DNA of 64,000 bases from IMG/VR virus record IMGVR_UViG_3300032271_000867, positions 24,413-88,412 of that record. The stretch is one strand, 5' to 3'. The number at the start of each line of letters is the position of its first letter. The first letter of the stretch is position 1. Below are positions 30,528-40,442 of this stretch, piece after piece. Below the pieces are notes generated by a model. The model worked only from the letters and a program-made list of their open reading frames with translations. It was not told the origin of the DNA and made no database searches. The position numbers and the translations under genes were made by a program. The stretch is from a virus.

Positions 30528-30642
30528 TGTTCTCTAACTGTTAAAAAAGTTTAATAATAACTAAGTATTACTGCGGGTTAACCATACCTTGTCGGGTATT
30601 TTTGTTCCTACCTACACTGCGAGGTAAGTTTTTATACTAGTT

Positions 30643-31152
30643 TTAGTATGGGGTTGCTCCAGAAACTACATAAACATCATCTATGTAAAAATTTCCACTA
30701 GATGTAAATCCTGCCATTTGAAAGTCTAAGTTTAAATAGTCAGCACCTCCAGGCAAAACATTGGAGTATGTAAATTTGTACCAAGTGTTTATTGAAGGCA
30801 GAGTCCAATAACCGCTGAACCCATTTCCACCTAAATCAACTGAATAGTTAATAGTGTTGTACGTAATGTTAGTAGTTAAAAACCAAACTGAAAATGAGAA
30901 TCTACCTCCAGAAACACCAGCTCCAGAATAGCCAGCAGACATTGTGCCGTTATATGCATCATACACAAATTTACCAGAATATGTGCCAGAATGAGCGTAA
31001 GAAGTGCTTCTAGTCATTGTAGTAGCGTCGCTCTGAGTATACCATTGATTCATTGTGGCTGACTCAAATGTGCCGTTAGTAATGTAGTTGGTAGGAAGAG
31101 CGACTCCTGCTTTTTTTACGCTTCCAACTAACCCTGCAAAACTACCAGTCAT
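30643..31152 (-). CDS. Carbohydrate-binding-module-like virion protein
   Basis: NYITNGTFES..W..AHSGTYSGK..FYIDDV CBM4/9-like pattern. Confidence 0.7.
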   Translation of the reverse strand: MTGSFAGLVGSVKKAGVALPTNYITNGTFESATMNQWYTQSDATTMTRSTSYAHSGTYSGKFVYDAYNGTMSAGYSGAGVSGGRFSFSVWFLTTNITYNTINYSVDLGGNGFSGYWTLPSINTWYKFTYSNVLPGGADYLNLDFQMAGFTSSGNFYIDDVYVVSGATPY

Positions 31153-33878
31153 TACGTTAACCCGTTTCCACTAATCATCCAAGATGTTGAAGTAATCTTT
31201 ACAGCTGTAGCCATACCGTAAGCAGCAAGTGTGCGAGAACCTGTTGTTCCTGCACCAGCTAAGTACAAAGTATCTGTATTAATTGAAATAGTCATAGTTG
31301 CGCCTGTACCAGCGATAAAAGTCAAAGTTGTTCCAATAGGAAACGCCACCGAGCTGTTAGCAGGGATTGTGACTGTGCGGGTAGCCGAAGCATAAACATG
31401 CGTTCCTGCATCACCAACAACAATTGTGTAAGCGCCTATGGTTGTTGCATTTTGTGGAAGTCCCATATAGCCAACACCAGTAGCAGCATTATTTGTATTT
31501 GCTGAATTTATAATGACAGTGTTACCTGAGTATAAAGTGGCAGAGCTTGGTATAGGAGTATTATTTACGCTACTTAAATTTGATAAAGAAGTAGTTGAAG
31601 TAGTTACTAAAGTGGCACTAGATGGAATAGTAGTTCCGTTAATAGTAGTGGCTGTTGCTATACCCAAAGAGAGCGTTCCATCAGCATTTACTAGTGTTCG
31701 AGCAGAACCTGAAGTCCCAATGTAGTTGAGCGCACCTGCTGAAACGTAAAGAACACCGCCACCTGTTGGGTTTGAGCTTGGGGCAACTGAAGCATTTGAA
31801 ATACCAATGACACCAGAACCGCCACCAAATGACGGGCTTGCAGAAGCAAACCCAACATTTCGACCAGTTTGTAAAGTTATACCAGTTAGACCGTCATTTA
31901 AAGCTTGGATACTTGCAATTCGCACACCACCAGTTGTGCCAAATGCAGCTAACAAACCGCCGCTTGAGTCTTGAATTTCAAACGGACTAGCGCTACCCGA
32001 TGTTGCTAGTTTGATTACTAAACCTTTTGTGCCTGCACTTCGTGCCGTGATGCTTGCCTGTGCAGGTGCAGTAACTGAAGCTGGAAGACTAGAAGCAGTA
32101 GTAGTTGCAGCAGTAACTGTTGCACCAACAAGAGCAAATTGAATGTAAGAAGCATTTGCAGTAGCACTGTTTAGCACTCCAGTAACTATGTAAGTTGCAG
32201 CAGGAATAATAGAAGTTCCAGAAGCAGCAGCTACAACAACTAAATCATTTACAGCAAGGTTTGTAGCAGAAACAAAGTTAATTTGTCCTTGAGTTGTCGT
32301 ATTAATTTGAACGCTATAAACAATTCCTACTGAAGAGTAGATAGGAGTTGTTGAGCCTGTGTAAGTTTGGCCAACAGCGTTAGTGCCAGAGTTGGCTGTA
32401 CCCGCTGAAGTTTGTGTTTGCAACAAGTCGGCAGTTTGAGAAGTTACGCCTTTGATAACTAATCCAGAAGTAGACAAGTTTCTAGGTGTAATGCTTGCTT
32501 GTGCAACTACTGCTACTTTTGCGCTAGCATATCCCGTAATTACTGGGTTAGTTGCAAGTTGGTATTGAATAAATAAAGTTCCAGAGTTAGATACGTTAGT
32601 GATAACAAACGTTCCATTGGGGTTTGTTCCTGTATACGTAAGACCAGAGACAGTAACACTGTCTCCAATTGCTAAGGCTGTAGCTTGTGAGAAGTTTACT
32701 TGAACAGTGTAGTATGAGGTGGTTACTGTAGGAGTGCCACCAAAATTACCTATGGCACCTCCAACGGTATACCCAATTGCATATGGAGACGTGTTGCTAA
32801 CGTAATTAACAAACCACTGTCCATTTGGATTAGTACCACTAGTATAGGTTAATCCTGAAACAGTAACCACAGTTCCAATTGCAATGTTTGGAGCATAAGT
32901 AAGGTTTATGGTTACCCTACCAATACCAGACGAATAAGTAGCTCCAGTTATAGGTGAACCTGGCACTGAGTTACTAGCGGTTACAGAAGTAAGCCCAGGT
33001 AATACAGTAGTTAGAGGAGTTCCAACATACATTTGTCCATAGGTTGTTACGCCAACAGCATTTCCTAAATAGTTAGTAGCTGTAAATAAGTCGGTAGTAG
33101 ATTGTAGTAATGAACCAGTAATGTTTAAATAGGCAGCTCCGTTGCTATTGCTCATACTCATGTTAGAAGCATTAAACCCACCACTGCTAGTAATTACGTT
33201 TTTTCCACCAATTGTTAAACCATCAGATGCTCTCCAATAACTTGTCGGGGTAGTTCCTGTATTGTTATACGCTCCTAAATAAAATCCATACCCAGAGGAT
33301 ACTCCAGAATAAGAGGTAGTACCTTTATATGCGTACCATTCTTGAGCTATATTTTGTACACCATAATTTGAATCAAAATAAGAAGGTTCATAAACTTTTA
33401 AAGAAGCATAATTCCAATTTTTAGCTGGAGCAATGCTAACGTTACTAACGTATCCATTAGTTTTTATTGAAAAAAGTGGATTTTCTGAAGAGTTATTTGT
33501 TATTGAATTTCCATTAGCAACTAAAAGTACGTTTCCAATTGCTCTAACAGTTCCCCCTGATACATAAGTTAAAGTACTATCAATTTGGTAAATAGTAATA
33601 GTAGTTGAGTCAACTCCACCTACTAACCATGTGCCATTAAATCCCGTTGGATTTACTCCAGCAATAGTTACGTATCCACCCCATTGAGCATTATGCCCAG
33701 GAGCAGTGATTACCCACTGGTCTGTAGACACAGAGCTAACAGAAATTCCTGTAATAGATACTGGAGAAGAAGTTCCATTTGAATTAGAAACTATTCTTAC
33801 AGCATCTAAATCTGGTCTATTTTGAAAAAGATTTATAGAACCATTTACTGCCACATCATCTAAAAAGTTTTTAGCCAT
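31152..33878 (-). CDS. Long tail fibre protein (908 aa)
   Basis: Thr/Gly/Ser-rich; repeated G..VTVSGLTY..TNPNG.F.(V/I) modules; C-terminal TIPANSSVAFPIGT..W.ISGNGLT. Confidence 0.8.
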   Translation of the reverse strand: MAKNFLDDVAVNGSINLFQNRPDLDAVRIVSNSNGTSSPVSITGISVSSVSTDQWVITAPGHNAQWGGYVTIAGVNPTGFNGTWLVGGVDSTTITIYQIDSTLTYVSGGTVRAIGNVLLVANGNSITNNSSENPLFSIKTNGYVSNVSIAPAKNWNYASLKVYEPSYFDSNYGVQNIAQEWYAYKGTTSYSGVSSGYGFYLGAYNNTGTTPTSYWRASDGLTIGGKNVITSSGGFNASNMSMSNSNGAAYLNITGSLLQSTTDLFTATNYLGNAVGVTTYGQMYVGTPLTTVLPGLTSVTASNSVPGSPITGATYSSGIGRVTINLTYAPNIAIGTVVTVSGLTYTSGTNPNGQWFVNYVSNTSPYAIGYTVGGAIGNFGGTPTVTTSYYTVQVNFSQATALAIGDSVTVSGLTYTGTNPNGTFVITNVSNSGTLFIQYQLATNPVITGYASAKVAVVAQASITPRNLSTSGLVIKGVTSQTADLLQTQTSAGTANSGTNAVGQTYTGSTTPIYSSVGIVYSVQINTTTQGQINFVSATNLAVNDLVVVAAASGTSIIPAATYIVTGVLNSATANASYIQFALVGATVTAATTTASSLPASVTAPAQASITARSAGTKGLVIKLATSGSASPFEIQDSSGGLLAAFGTTGGVRIASIQALNDGLTGITLQTGRNVGFASASPSFGGGSGVIGISNASVAPSSNPTGGGVLYVSAGALNYIGTSGSARTLVNADGTLSLGIATATTINGTTIPSSATLVTTSTTSLSNLSSVNNTPIPSSATLYSGNTVIINSANTNNAATGVGYMGLPQNATTIGAYTIVVGDAGTHVYASATRTVTIPANSSVAFPIGTTLTFIAGTGATMTISINTDTLYLAGAGTTGSRTLAAYGMATAVKITSTSWMISGNGLT

Positions 33879-36800
33879 TATCCAACCATCATTACTCTGT
33901 ATTTACCTGCTGCAACGGTAGTTGCAGCGTTCCAAGAAAGGGTAACGTTACCCGTAGTTTCATCAATTACAATATCTGTAACAACAATAGCAGCTGCAGT
34001 ATTTGTTGTTATATCTCTAACTTGAACTAAAAACAGACCAGCAGTTCCTAGACCATGGGTAGCAGCACTAATTGTCCAAGTTACTACACCTGATGTAGGC
34101 GTCAAAGAAGGGTTAGTAGCAGTGTATTTATTTACAGTGCTTGCAGACAAAGTTCCATCTGCAGTTACAGATAACCCAGTTCCTACTTTAATTCCACCTA
34201 ATGCAGAAGCAGTAGCAGCTGGAAGAACATACGTATTAGCGCCAGAAATAACACCAGAACCATTAATTGTAATAGTGGTTCCATCTACTTTTACACCACC
34301 AAGTGTTGTAGTAGAAGCAGTTGGCAATGTATAAGAATAAGTACCACTCAGTACTCCAGAGCCATCAATAACAAGGTTTGAACCAACTTTAACACCACCA
34401 AGAACTGTGCTAGAAGCTGTAGGTAAAGTGTAGGTATACGGTGCGCTAATTACTCCAGAGCCGTTAATAGTAACGGTAGTACCATCAATTTTTACACCAC
34501 CCAAAACTGTGGTAGAAGCAGTAGGCAAAGAGAACGATGGGCTACCACTAATTACGCCATTATTGATAGTAATGGTATTTCCATCAACAGTTAGTGTAGA
34601 ACCATTAGCAGCAAGAATTTGACTTGAAGTTCCGTCATTGATCTTAAATGAACCAGCAAGGAGCGTGTCGTAAGTTACCGAGGTTAAATCTACTGTTTGA
34701 CCAGCAGGCTCTACACCATTAGAAAACAGTGTCCAAACACCATTTGTATGATTTCTTACAAGACCAGCATGTTTGTGGTTTGAAACATCCCCACCAGTTG
34801 TGCCGTATGCACCATAGAACCCAATGTCCAAGGCATCAGTTGAATACTGGTTGTTAGACAAATAAATTACAGAGTCACTAACAGATAAGTTAGTGCTAGT
34901 GATTATGTTGTAAGTGCCGACTGTTAAAGTTCCAGAGACATTCATATCAGCAGCATTTACGGTACCTGTAAATGTAGGACTAGCTAGAGGAGCTTTTAAT
35001 GCTAAATCTGAAGTTAAGTTAGTTACTTGAGATTCTGCAATATTTGGAATATCACTAGCTAAAAGAGTTGTTCCAGAAGTAACACGTCCTTTAGAATCTG
35101 TGGTTACTTTTGTGTAAGTTCCAGCCGTACCAACTGCAGATAAAGTAGGGTTTGGGTAGTTACCCGTCAAGTCTCCACCAGCAGTGGCTGTAGCTGAAAG
35201 TCTTGAAGTATCAGTAGGGTGAGTATGGTCTTGACGAGCAAACCTAGTAGAAGTTCCTACAGATGCAGTACCGTCCATATTTGGAGTAGCAGTTCCAGCT
35301 TGACCTAAAACAAACGCTGTGCTTGCTGCTTGCGTAGTGTTTGTGTCGGCAGTTGCTGTTGGTACTGTTGGAGTACCTGTTAATGCAGGACTAGCTAGGG
35401 GGGCTCTAGTTGTGTCTGTAGGGTGAACGTGATCTGCCCTGGCGTATGAAATAGATGTTCCAACTGCAGCTGTTCCATCAACAGTAGGGGTAGTAGTAGA
35501 CGGAGTAGTTGTAGGAGTAAAAGCAATTGAATCAGTATTAATTTTTACAACGGTATTAGTGGCAGTTCCAGAAGAGGATAGCACCCAACTAGTGCCAGTG
35601 TTTACTGTTCCATTTGTAACTTGTACTCGTTTATTGGTAAACAGTTGACCAAAAGTCGAGTTATTAGCATCTGTCGCTCTAGTAAAGTAAAGATTTCCAG
35701 TAAAACCAGAGCAATAATAAATTCCGTTTTGTTTAGGGTCTGCCTGGTCTTTTATAAGAACTCTAGTGCCATTAGTTACATCAGTAGAGCTAAATGATTT
35801 GCCATCAATAACAGTGCCAGTTGAGGTATAGAAATAAGAACCTACTCCCGTACCACCATTAGCGTCTGAAAATACATAAGAACCCGATGCAGCAGCAGTT
35901 AAACTAGATGACAAAGTAACTGCATATGGGCTACTTCCAGATACAGCAGTAACAGTAGTTCCTGATGGTATTCCTGTACCAGTAACAGTTTGTCCTACAA
36001 TAGGTACAACACCTGTATACGTTACTGTTATTTGATTAGTTCCACTAGTTCCAGATACGTTAGTAGCGGTTCCCCCACCTGTAAAATAAGTAGCACTAAG
36101 TGGACCAGTAGTGGCATATGCCACTGTAATGTTAGTATTTGAAGGAGTAACTGGGCCTGTGACATTTCCAAAACCATTAATAACATTTGTTCCATTAATG
36201 GTTAATCCGTCAGAAATTCTCCAGTAGTTTGTGGGCGTAGCTGTTGAAGAGTATTCTCCTAAATAGTTTCCATAGATAGAAGAAACTCCCCCAATACTTT
36301 TACTAGAATAGTCGTACCAAATTTGAGCTGGACGTTGAAGTGGAGTTCCTGACTCATATACTGCTAAAGAAGTTAGCGAGTTAACTGCGGAGTCAACCGT
36401 AAATGGAGATATTCCTCCAGTTGTTGATATAGAAAAACTACTACCAGTATTAGAGCGGATGCTAACTGCGGTAGGAACTACTGTAACCGTTCCCCCAGAA
36501 ACATAAGTAAAATTAGAAACATAATAAATAGTGATTATATTAGTAACACTATTTACGGCACCAACTAAATATTTTCCATTAAACGAACTTGGAGTTACTC
36601 CATCAATAGTTATGTATTGTCCCTGTACAATGTTGTGCCCTGGAGCAGTAATTCTCCAATAACCAGTGCCAGTAGCACTAGAAATGTTAGTAATTGCAAA
36701 GGCATTTGGGCTAATGGCAGTATTTGATACAACGTTTAATGCTGAAAGGTCTGGTCTATTTTTATTAGTAATAGTCAACGTGCCATCAGAAGTAGCTGCT

Positions 36801-38473
36801 ACAGCCGTATTTCCAGAGGCGTCAATGACGTTAAAAATTGAGTTATTTTGATAAACAGATGCAGTTATAGTGCTTCCACTGTAGCTGAAGTATGACCTAA
36901 GCCCTACAGTAAAAGTGTAAGTAGTAACTGAAATAATCGGCAAAGGGGCACCAAAACCAGTTTGAAGACCATAAACACCACCACCCCCAGTAGGAAAAGT
37001 AACAAATTGACCTACAGAAAATGAGTGAGCAACGGAGCCCGTAGAAAATGTTGTGTCGTTAGTATTAGCCGTAGCGCTAACTACTGTAGCTGTTAAAACT
37101 TTTCCGTACACATTTACTGCAGAGCTAGTAATGTTTACTGGGTAAAACCTTTGAATGTTAGTCCAAGTATTATCTGTACTTAACAAGTCTGAAGTAAGCA
37201 GAGTACCACTAGTAGGAATGCTAGTTCCATTAATAGACGTAATATTACTTAATAGGGGATTTAAACCTAAAGTAATGCTAGAGGTTCCACCATCCCAAGT
37301 AGTCCCAGAACTAAATGTAAGGTTAGAGTTAGTTAACCCTAAAGTATAAGTAGTGCTAGATTTAACGGTAATAGCTGCAGAACCGTCAAAGTTAACTCCG
37401 TTTATAGCACGGGGAGTAGCTAGGGTAGTAGCGGTAGAGGCGTTTCCAGTAAGTGCTCCAGTAAAAGTAGTTGCAGTTACTGATGTTAATCCAGATAAAA
37501 AAGTGCTACTATTTCCTAAAGAAATTGGGGTAGTACCTATAGTAATAGCACTATTTGTCAATCCAGTATTAGGTATAGTGGCAACTGTGCCCAAAGTTCC
37601 ATTACTAGTGTTAGTTACATAACCAGAGGTAGTAAGGCCACTGTCTTTAATAATTGGAGCTGTAAGAGTTCCCGTAAAAGTAGGGTTATTAATTGGGGAA
37701 AAAGTGCTTGCTGCAGTTGAAGTAGTTAAATAACTACTACTATCTAATGAGCCATCTGCCTTTAAAAACTGTGTTGAAAGTCCACCATTAATTACTACAG
37801 AGCCAAGCTTAAGGGTATCGTAATTAACTGATGACAAATCTACTGTTTGGTCTGCTGGCTCTACTCCATTTGAAAATAGATACCAAGTGCCATTAATATG
37901 ATTACGAACAAGCCCAGTGTGCTTGTGGTTGCTGATTGTTCCACCAGTAGTTCCATAAGCACCATAGAATCCAATGTCTACAGCATCGAGAGCATACTGA
38001 TTTTGTGAAAGGTAAATTACTGAGTCATTAACTGCCAAGTTAGTGGTGTTAATGATTGTTTGAGTGCCACTAACAGTAAAGTTACCTGATACAGATAAAT
38101 CACCAGAAAAACTAGCAGTAGTTCCTGTAATTCCTCCAGTAAAAGCAGCTCCTGAAAGATTAGCTTTGGTAGCTAAAGCCGTGTTTAACCCAGTGACTTG
38201 GGAAGTAGTAATCTGCAATAAAGTTTGGTCAATTCCTAAAATGTATTGACCAATAGATGCATTACCTGCATTTGTAATTGGGGAAACTACAGTTAAAGAT
38301 GTTGGGTTAATCCAACTTCTAACTCCTGCAGTAGTTGACGATAAAACTTTACCAGAAGTATCGGGAACACCTAAGTCAGGCTCTACCTGGTCTAGGCTAA
38401 TAAAATTGTAACGGTCTGCAGAAACTTGAGTAGGTGGAGTTTTCTTGACCTTACCTGAAACAAGTTTAGCCAT
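33878..38473 (-). CDS. Very long modular tail fibre protein
   Basis: Internal duplicated domain, RVLIKDQ..QNGIY module, ARADHVHPTDT modules, YTLPTAS..LGGVK repeats; ATG 38473 after GGAG. Confidence 0.82.
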   Translation of the reverse strand: MAKLVSGKVKKTPPTQVSADRYNFISLDQVEPDLGVPDTSGKVLSSTTAGVRSWINPTSLTVVSPITNAGNASIGQYILGIDQTLLQITTSQVTGLNTALATKANLSGAAFTGGITGTTASFSGDLSVSGNFTVSGTQTIINTTNLAVNDSVIYLSQNQYALDAVDIGFYGAYGTTGGTISNHKHTGLVRNHINGTWYLFSNGVEPADQTVDLSSVNYDTLKLGSVVINGGLSTQFLKADGSLDSSSYLTTSTAASTFSPINNPTFTGTLTAPIIKDSGLTTSGYVTNTSNGTLGTVATIPNTGLTNSAITIGTTPISLGNSSTFLSGLTSVTATTFTGALTGNASTATTLATPRAINGVNFDGSAAITVKSSTTYTLGLTNSNLTFSSGTTWDGGTSSITLGLNPLLSNITSINGTSIPTSGTLLTSDLLSTDNTWTNIQRFYPVNITSSAVNVYGKVLTATVVSATANTNDTTFSTGSVAHSFSVGQFVTFPTGGGGVYGLQTGFGAPLPIISVTTYTFTVGLRSYFSYSGSTITASVYQNNSIFNVIDASGNTAVAATSDGTLTITNKNRPDLSALNVVSNTAISPNAFAITNISSATGTGYWRITAPGHNIVQGQYITIDGVTPSSFNGKYLVGAVNSVTNIITIYYVSNFTYVSGGTVTVVPTAVSIRSNTGSSFSISTTGGISPFTVDSAVNSLTSLAVYESGTPLQRPAQIWYDYSSKSIGGVSSIYGNYLGEYSSTATPTNYWRISDGLTINGTNVINGFGNVTGPVTPSNTNITVAYATTGPLSATYFTGGGTATNVSGTSGTNQITVTYTGVVPIVGQTVTGTGIPSGTTVTAVSGSSPYAVTLSSSLTAAASGSYVFSDANGGTGVGSYFYTSTGTVIDGKSFSSTDVTNGTRVLIKDQADPKQNGIYYCSGFTGNLYFTRATDANNSTFGQLFTNKRVQVTNGTVNTGTSWVLSSSGTATNTVVKINTDSIAFTPTTTPSTTTPTVDGTAAVGTSISYARADHVHPTDTTRAPLASPALTGTPTVPTATADTNTTQAASTAFVLGQAGTATPNMDGTASVGTSTRFARQDHTHPTDTSRLSATATAGGDLTGNYPNPTLSAVGTAGTYTKVTTDSKGRVTSGTTLLASDIPNIAESQVTNLTSDLALKAPLASPTFTGTVNAADMNVSGTLTVGTYNIITSTNLSVSDSVIYLSNNQYSTDALDIGFYGAYGTTGGDVSNHKHAGLVRNHTNGVWTLFSNGVEPAGQTVDLTSVTYDTLLAGSFKINDGTSSQILAANGSTLTVDGNTITINNGVISGSPSFSLPTASTTVLGGVKIDGTTVTINGSGVISAPYTYTLPTASSTVLGGVKVGSNLVIDGSGVLSGTYSYTLPTASTTTLGGVKVDGTTITINGSGVISGANTYVLPAATASALGGIKVGTGLSVTADGTLSASTVNKYTATNPSLTPTSGVVTWTISAATHGLGTAGLFLVQVRDITTNTAAAIVVTDIVIDETTGNVTLSWNAATTVAAGKYRVMMVG

Positions 38474-38795
38474 TAGCACTCTCCAAAATAGAAAGAGTTA
38501 GCTTCAAAGCATTATTAGTATCAGAAACAATTTGCAAAGAGTTGCCCGTCTCTAAAACCAGTTTACCTGTGGTAACAGACGAAGCGTCATTTGCTGGAAT
38601 TGAAAACCCGTTTACAAGTTCGGTAGCAACACCGTTTCTAAAAAGTGAGACAGTAGCTTTTGCAGTAGTAGCTCCTACATTAGAGATTTGAGCCATCAAA
38701 ACAATTCCAGTGTAACCATCAGGAGCAGTATAAACAGTTTGAGTAGTAGTAGTAATAACTAAAGTAACTGTTCTAAATATATTTAATGCAGCCAT
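38466..38795 (-). CDS. Small virion protein (fibre-associated)
   Basis: VYTAP.GYTGIVLMAQISN..GKLVLETG..LKLTLSILE motif typical of fibre-adjacent genes. Confidence 0.65.
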   Translation of the reverse strand: MAALNIFRTVTLVITTTTQTVYTAPDGYTGIVLMAQISNVGATTAKATVSLFRNGVATELVNGFSIPANDASSVTTGKLVLETGNSLQIVSDTNNALKLTLSILESANG

Positions 38796-39064
38796 TATTT
38801 AACCTCAAGTGCAAATAAAGTTTGGATAGCGTCATCAAACGCAGTGGGATTTGCTAGCGCAATTTTGTGGACTTCAGGATTACTATGAAAAATAGAAGTA
38901 GTTACAGAGCGCAAAGAATTTTTAACTACTTCAGCTACTTCTGCACCGTGAACTTCAGTAACTTTGTTTATTTCATCAATCATTAAATTTTCTACAAAAG
39001 CACGTAAAGTTTTAACAGTTAATGACGTGTTACCTGGCATAGTTGATGCATTAAATTTTTCCAT
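38795..39064 (-). CDS. Small helical protein resembling the glutamyl-tRNA reductase C-terminal dimerisation domain
   Basis: V.TLRAFVE.L..DEI.KV...HG.EVA..V..SLR.VT.SIFH.....A......F.DAI.TLF.LEV; ATG 39064 follows GAAGG. Confidence 0.6.
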   Translation of the reverse strand: MEKFNASTMPGNTSLTVKTLRAFVENLMIDEINKVTEVHGAEVAEVVKNSLRSVTTSIFHSNPEVHKIALANPTAFDDAIQTLFALEVK

Positions 39065-39065
39065 G

Positions 39066-40442
39066 TTAACCTTCAATGGCTAGTAGGTACGGGGTCATAA
39101 CTGCAAAAAGACTCTTATTAAAAGCATCGCCTTCAATAGTTCCAGAGGCACGGTTAATAGTTAGCCCGCTACCAATACGGAAGTCACCTCGTTGATCAGT
39201 ACTAGTATAGAAAACTTTGCCACCATTTAACTCCCTAACTTCCTTAGTTTGGTCAGGAATACCGCCAAGTTGTGGAAGTGCAGTAGCCAATTCTGTTCCA
39301 GCACCTGCATACTCAAAAGTATGTCCAGAAGCTGTAATAAGACTTCTTTGATAAAAGTTAACTGCTCCACTAGGAATATCATTTAATAATGGTTCAAGTA
39401 AAGTTACTGTGCAAGTATTGCTTATAGAAGAATAGTTAGTAACATTAGCAACAGTATAAAATTGACTTGATGGGTCATTTGAAAATCTAACAGTGTTATT
39501 AATTCGTGGTCTTGCAGTTAAATTAGTTAAAGAAATAGTGGTGCTTCTTTTGCTTAAACTTGCGGTAGATCCTGTGTAAAGCGATGGGCTAGTTCCATCA
39601 GCAACTAAACCATAATTACCAAAAGAAGTGTCTGAGCCAATCAAAGAACAAAATCCACCAGACTCGCACCAAACTCCATAGTTACAGGCAATTGTGTAAA
39701 TACTTACTAATTGAGCGTATCCCTGATTAATAATGTGGATACCGATTCCACCTTGATTTACTTGAGTAAACTGTCCGGCAACCATAGATTTACCGCCATA
39801 TGCCAAACTACCATCGATACGCATACCAGTACCCGTAGTAGTAATAGATGAGCAGTTATAAATATATGGGCTAGCAGTAATTACTCCAGCACCAGTGGGA
39901 GGAAATGCAATAGCAGCTGCCGGAGACACATGGTTTCTAAAAGTAACTTCTTTTACATAAGATCCATTATTTACATAAAAAATGTCTTGAGTAGGGTTAG
40001 CTGGCTGAATGTTTACTGAACGAAGACTATCACCAACAATAGAAGTTTTAGCTGGAATAGTTACTGGGTTTTGTTCTGTATAAGTTCCACTTTTAACAAA
40101 AATAGTTGTAAAGTCTGATGTTACAGCCGCACAAGCGGCTTTAATACTAGCAAATGAATTGTGGATAGTAGACCCGTCATTATTATCATCGCCTGTTTTT
40201 GAGACATACAAAACATTTGTTGTTGAATCTGCAGGTCCCACAGGTCCTCTTGGTCCAGTTGGACCACGTTGACTAGGAACCCCGGGAAGTAAAGCAATAT
40301 CTAGTTCTGGTTGGGGGCCATTAGGGTCTATAAAAGGAGGAGGAAATATTGCGTCTGGTTGTGGGTAATTATTAGGATTGTATGGTTCTTCTCTATAAGG
40401 AATTAAATTAATATCTTTTTCAGGTAATGGCACATTTGTCAT
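39066..40442 (-). CDS. Virion fibre/spike protein with collagen-like GxP triplets and pectin-lyase-like beta-helix
   Basis: GPTGPRGPVGP; LYVSKTGDDNNDG..FASIKAA; IVGDSLR; FYTSTDQRGDFRIG. Confidence 0.72.
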   Translation of the reverse strand: MTNVPLPEKDINLIPYREEPYNPNNYPQPDAIFPPPFIDPNGPQPELDIALLPGVPSQRGPTGPRGPVGPADSTTNVLYVSKTGDDNNDGSTIHNSFASIKAACAAVTSDFTTIFVKSGTYTEQNPVTIPAKTSIVGDSLRSVNIQPANPTQDIFYVNNGSYVKEVTFRNHVSPAAAIAFPPTGAGVITASPYIYNCSSITTTGTGMRIDGSLAYGGKSMVAGQFTQVNQGGIGIHIINQGYAQLVSIYTIACNYGVWCESGGFCSLIGSDTSFGNYGLVADGTSPSLYTGSTASLSKRSTTISLTNLTARPRINNTVRFSNDPSSQFYTVANVTNYSSISNTCTVTLLEPLLNDIPSGAVNFYQRSLITASGHTFEYAGAGTELATALPQLGGIPDQTKEVRELNGGKVFYTSTDQRGDFRIGSGLTINRASGTIEGDAFNKSLFAVMTPYLLAIEG

